NCBI GenBank assembly: GCA_964106915.2
Contig: OZ066914.1
Source: Podarcis gaigeae
Taxonomy: Eukaryota
Strand: one strand, 5' to 3'
DNA length: 64,000 nt
Position 1 is the first letter of the stretch; each line of letters starts with the position of its first letter. The notes beneath the pieces were generated by a model that worked only from the letters and a program-made list of their open reading frames with translations, searched no databases and was not told the origin of the DNA. Shown here piece by piece: positions 1-10,700 of this stretch. The position numbers and the translations under genes were made by a program.

Positions 1-466
1 CCACCCTACGTCCTTATGTGCTGGTGCAACTCCTTGTTTTATCAGACTGTGGGCTTACATTTTAGCATTTGTAAATTATGCAATCACATTTGAGAATTCT
101 GTAGTGTTCTGCTTATGTTTTGCTTGTTAAAGATCCATTCCAACAAGTTTGCTTCATCCCAGCTAATACCACTGTCTGTTTCTGTAAGAAACTAAGGCAG
201 GTGAAAATCTATTTCACGATTCTAAGAAGTACTAGCAGTTCAAATCTATTCAGAAGTAAGCCCCATTGCCTTCAATGGGACTTACTCCCAGATAAATATG
301 TGTAGGATTGCAGACTAAAAGGATTTTTTAAAAATGTGTATTGTCTAATGTTAATCATTGTTGTGCAGAAGTAGGTCCACTTAACTCAGTGTGGCCTTCC
401 TAGTATGTGTGTTGAGGATTGCAACCTCAATAAATATATATATATATATATTAACTTTTTCTACAG

Positions 467-547
467 CCCTAAAATCTCCTAAGCCTCCCGCAGAACCCAA
501 ACCTGAAGCAGCTCCTTTAACAACGCCAGTGGTTGGAAAGAAAGCAG
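467..547 (+). CDS. TTN: e1, PEVK exon (81 nt)
   Basis: cag|..[26 protein letters not shown]..|gtatga, phase 1-1. Confidence 0.9.
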
Positions 548-3500
548 GTATGACTATTACTTCAGTAATATATTCAAGGGCGGGACTGTATTATTATTCT
601 GTAATATATTCAAGAGCAGGGTTGTATCACAATTCTATGAACTTTTGTATGAGTAGTCATGAGCACAACAATCATGAGAGAGTTTAAATGTTCTTACTCA
701 CAAAAATATTTACAATACACAACTCACTCAAGAACCTTTAGGGATCACATCTTGTTGTGCTATCAGTGTTCTTCAACGTCGAGTCTTCAGATGTGGTTGG
801 ACTACAACTCCCAGCCTCCTTAATCAATGGTGAAGGGAGATGTAGTGCAACAACATTTTGGGCCCAAACCTTGAATGGACACTGTCCTAAATAACATGCA
901 CATGTATAACCCCAATACAGTCTCTGCCACACATCTTTCACCCAGGACTCAATGATAGCAGATGGGGAAATGGGTACACTTAGCGGGAGGGCTTGAGGGT
1001 CCAAGAAGATGACACGACCATTACCACGAGGGAGGGAAATGAGGCTGAATTAAACCATTCATTCATTCATTCATTCATTCATTCATTCATTCATTTGAAT
1101 ATGCACAACTTCTCAGAAGTAATATGAATGCAAGAAGAAGCAACNNNNNNNNNNNNNNNNNNNNNNNNNNNNNNNNNNNNNNNNNNNNNNNNNNNNNNNN
1201 NNNNNNNNNNNNNNNNNNNNNNNNNNNNNNNNNNNNNNNNNNNNNNNNNNNNNNNNNNNNNNNNNNNNNNNNNNNNNNNNNNNNNNNNNNNNNNNNNNNN
1301 NNNNNNNNNNNNNNNNNNNNNNNNNNNNNNNNNNNNNNNNNNNNNNNNNNNNNNNNNNNNNNNNNNNNNNNNNNTTATCTAATACTGCTGTTGCTGTTTT
1401 ATGTCAGAGCCTAAAACTACACCAAAGGAAGAAGCTGGCAAGGCTAAACTTCCTATTAAAGGTAAGAGAGATTAAAAAATGGAAAACTGCCCACCCCCAG
1501 CCTCTTTAAATATATAGTAATTGTGATCAAGAGTCCCAGTATTTATGCTATGAACTACCAAATAACTGACTATCTAGAATAAACCTGTGAGTCATTTGAC
1601 AAATGAATGGCAAAGACACTCACATACCCTTTGTAGTCAACATTTTTACAATGAGTAGTGTCTCTTCTTTCAGAGAACCTAGGTGGCAGTAAGCTAAATT
1701 TTACTCAAAGTAGAGACCTATTGAAATTAATGCAGTCAAACCTCGGTTGTTGAACATAATCCGATCCAGAAGACCATTTGACTTGCAAAACGTTCAGCAA
1801 CTGAATACTGAAAGCGGAAACCTAAATACAATATGGAAACTCAAAACAGAAGCCGCATACCATGTTCGGATTCTGAAAATCATTTGAAAACCAGAACAAC
1901 TATTTCCAGGTTTTCGGCGTTCAGGAGCCGAAACATTCCAAAACGGAGGTGTTTGGGAACTGAGGTTTGACTGTAGACCTAACTTAGTCATGTCCATTAA
2001 TTTTACTGGGTCTATGCAGAGAAAAAGGTAGCTGAACGCCACCCTCTGTTTTCATGTAACCATTTTCCCAAAGTGCAAATGGTACTTTAAATAAAGAGAT
2101 TGGCTTTAGCATGCCTAAATTAACAGGATCACATAAAAATCTAGAATAATTGTATCTGTTTTTTATGTAATATTCCTGGACTTCAATAAGTAGACAGGAG
2201 TAGCATTATTTGCAATCAAATTAAAGAAAGGAGGTATGAAGTGTTTTGTTCTTTGGACAGAAGAATACTTTATCTGTAGGAACCACAAAGGACCAAGATA
2301 GGCTTCTACATGCCACAGCCATGCCTTACATTTTGTGTCTTGGTCATGCTAGAATGGGATTGGAATGTCAAAAGAACAGAACTGACCGGCTTGTATATAG
2401 AATAGATTTAAATGTTCTAGGGATAAACAAATTGCCACTTGAACAGAAAGAACTGCATGCTTTTCCTGCTGTGTTTAAGACTTGTCATCTTTCATCACAC
2501 CTCTGCTGACTTTAACTGTGAGATTCATACAAATATCCCTTTTAAATATATTACTTGTAGCCAAAAAGACACCTTCACCAGCAGATGCCGAGAGGAGGAA
2601 ATTAAGACCAGGAAGTGGTGGCGAGAAACCTCCAGATGAGCCTCCTTTCACATACCAGCTGAAAGCTGTGCCCCTCAAGTTTGTTACAGAAATTAAAGAC
2701 ATAGTGCTGACAGAAGCAGAGTCGGTAGGCTCTTCCGCCATCTTTGAGTGCCTCATCTCTCCCTCCACTGCCATTACCTCTTGGATGAAAGATGGCAGCA
2801 ACATCCGCGAGAGTCCTAAGCACAGGTTCCTCTCTGATGGGAAAGACAGAAAGCTCCACATTATTGATGTCCAGCTTTCAGACGCTGGGGAATACACTTG
2901 TGTACTGAAACTGGGAAATAAAGAAAAGACCTCTACAGCGAAACTTATTGTTGAAGGTATTTTATGGCATCTCCAATTGGGCTTGAGTTGCTTATGCACA
3001 TGTTATTTATGCCCCAAAGTTACATTTTATTTGCATTAGAGTTGATACATTGTTAATTAATGCCATCCATAGCACAATATTTTACAAAACACAATGGAAC
3101 AGGTCCCTGGTCCCAAGTGTGTTACAATCAATATTTTAACATAGGGAGACAACAGAAGTAGCTAAGGAGTGTGTGTTTACTTCATTACACAAGCTTAGTT
3201 TTAGTGATAGCAAGGCATGGGGTCTTCCTTTATAAATTAAATTATACATACATGCCCCTAATTCAACAATTTATTCTGGGCATATGTACTCTGATGCGTG
3301 TACAGAATTTCCTGGCCGAGAAGAATATTGCTTTATTCATACATGTCGCACCCCTATAATGAATGGGATCCACCTCAAATCCAAGAGATAAGCATGTCTG
3401 TATGAGCACATGTTGATCTCTGAAGTTAGGTGATCATTCTAATGCGACAGCTTAAATTTCTATACTGTAGTTTATGGCAATGGTTCCCATTTGGCTAAGT

Positions 3501-4687
3501 CCTGTGGACTTCCTGTACTTCAAAAACCAAGCCACAACCCCCCTGCTTTTTTGGGGGGAGGGAATCTCTCTATGGTAGTTTTTATTACGTGAATGGTGCC
3601 ATGGACCCCCTGTGCAGGTTACGCCAAGTGTAGATTGCTCAGAGCATGAGAGCATGAGACTCTTAATCTCAGGGTTGTGGGTTTGAGTCCCTGCATAGCA
3701 GGGAGTTGGATTAGAAGACCTTTGTGGCCCCTTCCATTGCTATAATTCTATGATTCTGTGACCCCCTTGGAGTCCGCGGACAACCAATTGGGAACCACTG
3801 GTTTGTGGGAGCGGGGAAAAGATGCAAATAATATTTCTTCTGTTCCCTAGAATTACCAGTGCGCTTCGTGAAGACTCTGGAGGAGGAGCTTACTGTCATC
3901 AAAGGGCAACCTTTTTATCTAAGTTGTGAGCTGAACAAAGAGAGAGATGTGGTCTGGAGAAAAGATGGAAAAATCATTAAAGACAAATCTGGAAAATTTG
4001 CTCTGGGTATTATTGGTTTGCAGCGCGCCATTACAATCATGGATGCCGATGACACTGATGGAGGTGTATACACTGTGACTGTGGATAATACTGACCTCAT
4101 CTGTCAGTCAACTGTGAAAGTGGTTGGTAAGTTAAATTTCGAAACTGTGAAGTGTGTGCTTGGGATAAAATTGGGATATGAAGAAATTCTATTGAGTAAT
4201 ATTAAGCATTGTGCATTATTTTTGCTCTTATATGCTAGTCCTTTTACATTACTCTATCTTCACTGATCTATTTAAGAAGATTGGTTTTCACTTAAGTTGA
4301 TTGTGTAATTAGTACTGAAATCATCTGAAGGTGTTTAGTGAAGAGCTGGTTTGACTAGAGCTGGAACTCAGTATTTAATTGCCAGCTAGAAAATGATTCT
4401 GTCACAATATCACACATTGCTGTACTCCCAAAAGCTTCAGGTAGAAATATATCAACCTGTGCAAAGTTTATAAAATTGCCTCTGTAGAAGTGCTAACAAC
4501 TATACCAATTCAGTTCACAAGACTGAAGATCTGTGGTCATCCATGACTCACTTTGGGCAATCTTATTTGAGGGCAGGGAGAGGAATATTTAGCAATAACA
4601 TCAAATTCCAGCAGTTCTGAGCAAAATGAGGGCATCCAAAAAAAAGAAGGAAGTAAAATGAGGCCATCAAAAATATGTTTGCATTTC

Positions 4688-4730
<43 letters not shown>

Positions 4731-7700
4731 GGGCGTTTCCAAGTAACCAAAATAATAATTAAAATAAAAATAAATTCTACTTTTCAATTTTAATAATATA
4801 TTCAAAGCAGATAGACTGCAACACTTTTGTTGTATATTTTTAATTAATAACATATGTGGCAATGCCCAGGCATTTTATTCTGTGTTATCCAGGTTTTCAT
4901 GGCACTTTGGCTATGTGGTAGCCATTTAATGCAATTAGAAAGAAGAGACGGGCAACCTTTCTCTCTCTCTCATGGCGCAAAGGACCCTTGTCATTCATCT
5001 CTACATGTATTATGCTAATTCTAATGGTTATTATTTTTGGTCATTTGTTATGCAGAAGTGATAAAAGACTGGCTAGTGAAGCCTATTAGAGACCAGCATG
5101 TGAAACCAAAGGGTACTGCTACCTTTTCTTGTGATGTCGTGAAGGATACACCAAATATTAAATGGTACAAAGGTGACGAGGAGATTCCTCTTGAACCCAA
5201 TGACAAAACAGAAATTGTGAAAGATGGACCTCATCTCTTCCTCAAAATTAAGAACTGCATGCCAGAAGATCTCGGAGAATATGCCGTGGAAGTTGAAGGG
5301 AAGAGATACCCAGCTAAACTGACCCTGGGTGGTAAGCATCTTTTGAGTTTGATGCAATACATTTGCCAGGGGGGGTTACTTAATACAGTAAGACTAAAGA
5401 TGGGATGGAAGTAAGAAAAAAGATGAAAGCCCGCAAGACCGTTGAAGTACTGTATTGATTGCATATATGTTATTAATTTGTTCATTTCTGAATGCCAGAA
5501 CGTGAAGTTGATCTTCTTAAGCCCATTGAAGATGTTACTATTTATGAAAAAGAAACAGCCAACTTTGATTGTGAGATTTCTGAAGACGATGTCCCCGGTG
5601 AATGGAAACTGAAAGGAGAAACACTCAGACCCTCACCTGTAAGAATCTGTATTTAAGACCTCGTGAATTTGAATATAGTATAATTATGTTGGTCAATTGT
5701 GGCCCTGCAGAATACTTTAAAGAAGGATTAAGAACTGTTTGGGCTTATAGTTAATGTTAGTGTGGTTTTCAAAGAGGCACATTTTAATTATGAAACTTAA
5801 AATCTCAAAAGCATGGTATCTCCATACAACATAAACAACTGATCCTAGCTCACTGTATAGCTCACTGTCAGAATTTTACTTGCGACCCTAGGAAAGCTTT
5901 TGTAACCACATATGCAAGGAATTTTAGGGTGATTATTATTGAGTGCTATGGACAACCCCAAGTTTTGTTTAGCTCAGAGGAGGATGGAAGCCCATGGGAA
6001 TATCTTGGCCCTGGATCACTTCAATTACATAGAGGACTTCGCCATCACATTTACGAGCTGTTGCTTTAAAATCAACACAACATGCTTTGATTAGGATTTT
6101 CTTTTGTCACCGTGAACTTTTTAACTTTTTCATCTTTTCCCTCCAGACTTGTGAGATCAGAGCCGAAGGAGGAAAACGCTTCTTAACCTTACACAAAGTC
6201 AAAATAGACCAGGCTGGTGAGGTTCTTTACCAGGCATTGAATGCAGTGACTTCGGCTATTTTGACAGTGAAAGGTAAGGTGTTTCACTAAAAATGTGTCT
6301 CCAATTAGCCTGTCGTTTCTGCCATCGTAGTATGTGGGGGGAATATTCAATATTCTCTTTATTTGCAGAAATCGAGCTGGACTTTGCTGTGCCTTTGAAA
6401 GATGTGACCGTGCCAGAGAAACGGCAGGCGAGGTTTGAATGTGTGCTCACCAGGGAAGCCAATGTGATATGGACTAAAGGCACTGACATAATCAAAGTTG
6501 GAGATAAATTTGACATAATTGCAGATGGAACAAAACACATTCTGGTCATCAATGATTCTCAGTTTGATGATGAAGGAGAGTACACTGCTGTAGTCGAAGG
6601 GAAGGAAAGCACTGCAAAATTGTTTGTGGAAGGCAAGTTCATTACTGTCAAGAATTACACTGTAAAAGTCACAACAAGAATCAGTCACTGGTTATGACCA
6701 GTTGGCATTAATTGTCTTTCCCTCTATTTCAGGTGTCCGGCTGAAATTTATCTCCCCACTCAAAGATCAGACAGTGAAGGAAGGAGAAACAGCCCACTTT
6801 GATTTTGAACTTTCTCATGAAGATATGCCAGTAACCTGGTACAAAAATGATAAGAAAATCCACAATAGCAGAACAGTTCTCATTTCTGTAGAAGGGAAGA
6901 AACACAAATTAGAAATTAGAGAAGTGACACTTGATGACATCTCCGAAATCAAGGCTGAAGTGAAGGCATTGCACACTAAGGCAAACCTGAAGGTTTTAGG
7001 TAATTTATGTTGTCACATTTTGTTACTGGTTCGATCTGTATCTATTTTATGTATGTATAAAATACATATCTTTATGTATTTTAGTATTTATGTTTTTCAT
7101 GTACTAATTCACTCTGATTACTAACCTCTTCAAAAAAATACACCACTTCATACCTGACCCATATCTTGTAGAGGCCGACCCATATTTCGTTGTGAAATTG
7201 CAAGATTATACCGCTGTTGAGAAAGATGATATCATTCTGGAGTGTGAACTTAGCAAAGATGTGCCAGTGAAATGGTATAAAGATGGCGAGGAACTTGTAG
7301 CTTCCAAGCGAATCTCCTTTAAGACTGATGGCAAGCGCCGGATATTAAAAATTAAAAAAGCAACCGATGCTGATAAGGGAAATTATGAATGTAACTGTGG
7401 AACTGACAAGACAAATTCTGAAGTTAAGATTGAGGGTAAGTGATTGTCCTCCTTCAGTAGAAACTCTTCGAAACATTGTACACCTTACTGGCCAAGGCAG
7501 GAAATCTGAGATATATACATATTTGCTTTCAGCTCGTATGATAAAAATAGAGCGTCCTCTTTATGGAGTGGAAGTATTTGTTGGTGAAACAGCACGATTT
7601 GAGGTCGAAATCTCTGAGCCTGATGTTCATGCCATTTGGAAGTTAAAGGGAGAAACTTTAACAGCTTCACCTGTAAGTCTGTTTCAAAAAAAAACAAGCA

Positions 7701-10700
7701 AACAACAGCACAAGTGTTGTTGTTTTTTTAGAGAAACACACAAAAACAATTCCTAGAAAGTTTTAGAGAACACATGAGTGATTAGGACAAATCTGTTTTT
7801 TTTTCCACCCTCATTAAAAAAAAAAAAATCAGGATTGTGAAATGATTGAAGATGGCAAGAAACATGTCTTGATTCTTTACAACTGCAAACTGGATATGAC
7901 AGGAGAAGTGTCCTTCCAAGCTGCAAACGCTAAAAGCGCTGCAAATCTGAAAGTGAAAGGTAGGCTTCAGAAGGCATCAACTCCCAACCCATCTTGCAGG
8001 GTTTTCTTAATGCCCAGCAACATCAACAAAATCCATTTCTGGAGCAGTTTATAAACAAACAAACATGTGTCTAACACTCTTAATAACCCGGTTTGATTTC
8101 AGAGCTGCCTCTCATCTTCATAACTCCTCTCAGTGACATTAAAGTCTTTGAGAAGGATCCTGCGAAGTTTGAATGTGAAGTATCAAGGGAACCAAAGACT
8201 TTCCGTTGGTTGAAAGGAACCCAAGAGCTTGAAGGGGATGATAAATTTGAAATTATAACAGAAGGCACAAAGCACGCACTTGCCATTAAGAGTGTGGCTT
8301 TTGAGGATGAGGCTAAATATATGTTTGAGGCCGAAGACAAACGGACAAGTGCAAAGCTGATCATTGAAGGTTTGTTTGTAGCTCTGGTTCTCCTGACGGT
8401 GTGTTTGGCTTTCATATTTATGTCATTTGATTCGTCACAGTTTAACTTTAACGAGATGCTTTTGTGGTTTAGGCATTCGCCTTCAATTCATTACCCCTCT
8501 CAAGGATGTAACTGCAAAGGAGCGCGAGACTGCAGAATTTACTGTTGAGCTTTCCCATGATAATATCCCTGTTATCTGGTATAAGAATGACCAACGGCTC
8601 CATACCACCAAGGTTGTTTCAATGAAGGACGATGGCAAATTCCATACGCTCACATTCAAAGATCTCAATATTGATGACACCTCTCAGATAAAAGTGGAAG
8701 CTATGGGCAAATCGTGTGAAGCTAAACTTACTGTCCTTGGTATGTGTGGTCTGAGTTTGATTTACATTATGGCTCTTCTTTGATAGAACATCAACTAGAA
8801 CCATAACCATGGGCTTCCCCTTCCTCAGAGTAGTTCTTTAAATCTTATGGGGAGATCCCATTCCAGATTCTTATGTTACAGCTAGATTTGCCTCCATGTT
8901 AGGGCTTCCTTGGCAGCAGACCTCATACTTTTGAACATGCTTTCAAGAAGAGGTTCATATGAGCTCCTTTTTGGGGGGCCATCTATCCTCTTTCAGAAAG
9001 CTTCTGACAATTAACTGCCACTAGTTGATGTGTTCTGTTATACTGCCATGCTACCCTATTAGCAATCCTTTTGTGATTTATTTGTCCTTCGGTTCATTGT
9101 TTCGTTGTAGTTGTTGCTTTGAATTTGCACCCTTTTCTAAAACATTGCATCCATTGGCTGCCTGTTTCTTTCCGGGAACACAATACAAAGTACTAGTCCT
9201 GACCTATAAAGGCCTAAGTGGTCTGGGACCAGCATATCTAAAAGAACATCCTTTTCACATACAAGTCTACTCATCATTTAAGAATATTTTGGTGGCAAAG
9301 CACATGCCTTGCACACAAAAACTCCCAGGTTAAATCCCTTGCTTCTCCAGGTAATATTGGAAAAGACTCCTGTCTGAAACCTTGCATGGCTACAACCAAC
9401 CATTGTAGACAGTAGTACTAAGTTAGATGGAGCCTATGGTCTGACTGAGTGAAAGACAGTTTCCTATGTTTTTTTCTGTTGGGACCTTTTTCCAAACTCC
9501 CATGCTTGTTATTGTCATTCAGGCATTACTTTGAAACTGTCCTATTTTCCTGTTTTTTTAATTATCAGCAATAGCTTTCAATGTCTTTATATGGCTCTGC
9601 TGTAAGTTTTTGTGCTGCCATTTTATTTTTGTTTTAGTCTTGTTTTGGGGAAAACGTCATCCCTCCTACAAATTTTTGGATGTCGTATTGTCTAAGTTTG
9701 TTTTGAATTTGTTGTAAGCCGCCTTGTGGATCCAGATCTCTGGAAGGCGGGGTATAAATCTCTTTTAAATAATCAAAATAATGAAGAAATAAGAAATCAC
9801 TTTGTGGTGTACCACAGAAACACGTTTCTTTCGGGTCCGTGTAAATGGGGAAAAAATGAAAAGCAGAATCAGCTACTTTTACCTAATAACAATAATTTGC
9901 TCTATTAAAGTTTATTAAAAACTTGCTTTTAGAAAACTTTATCCCACATAGAAAATCGTTAAAAAGCACTCTTACCTGAAAGGAGAACTGTCTTGCATAA
10001 GTTGGTACAATTTTGAATGTATGAATAATCTTAGAATGTCACATATTCACCTTGACTTGCAGAGGGGGACCCTTATTTTACTGGGAAGCTTCAAGATTAC
10101 ACTGCTGTGGAGAAAGACGAAGTGATTTTGCAATGTGAAATTAGCAAAGCAAATGCTCCCGTAAAATGGTTTAAAGACGGGCAAGAACTAACTCCGTCTA
10201 AGAATGTTATTATCAAGGCCGATGGCAAAAAGAGAATACTCATCCTCAAGAAAGCCTTGAAGAAAGACATTGGTCAATATACCTGTGATTGTGGCACTGA
10301 TCAGACTTCTGCTAAGCTGAACATTGAAGGCAAGTTCACCCTTACTGGTGTATTATTATATTCTATTTTAAACCGCCCTGAGGATCATTCATTCGAAAGA
10401 CAAGATATAAATCTTCTTAATAAACACATAAATAAAATCTTCCTGATCCTTCTGTTATAGAACCCTACTCATCAACATTGTCATGAAAGCTAATAATATT
10501 GGTGTGGTTTTTTTTCCTTCACAGATCGTGATATTAAGATTGTACGTCCCTTATATAGCGTGGAAATATTTGAGACAGAGACTGCACGTTTTGATACAGA
10601 AATCTCTGAGGAAGATATTCATGCTAACTGGAAACTGAAAGGGGAGCCCTTGACACAGACGCCTGTAAGCTTTTAAATATTTCCCCACTTCTAAATGAGA

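Noticed and set aside
1056-1095. (CATT)n as a YCAY/NOVA splicing element in a PEVK intron
   Set aside because: Common tetranucleotide microsatellite, several hundred nt from either exon, and NOVA is not a typical muscle regulator; no further support.
1124-1414. ORFs spanning the N gaps (also 31714-32064); possibility of exons hidden in the gaps
   Set aside because: Artefacts of translating N. Flanking exons join in frame and give complete titin sequence (e1-e2, e45-e46), so no exon is required in either gap.
2553-2554. U12-type (AT-AC) intron ending at the AC before e3
   Set aside because: The upstream donor is GTAAGA, not RTATCCTT, and there is no convincing TCCTTAAC branch site.
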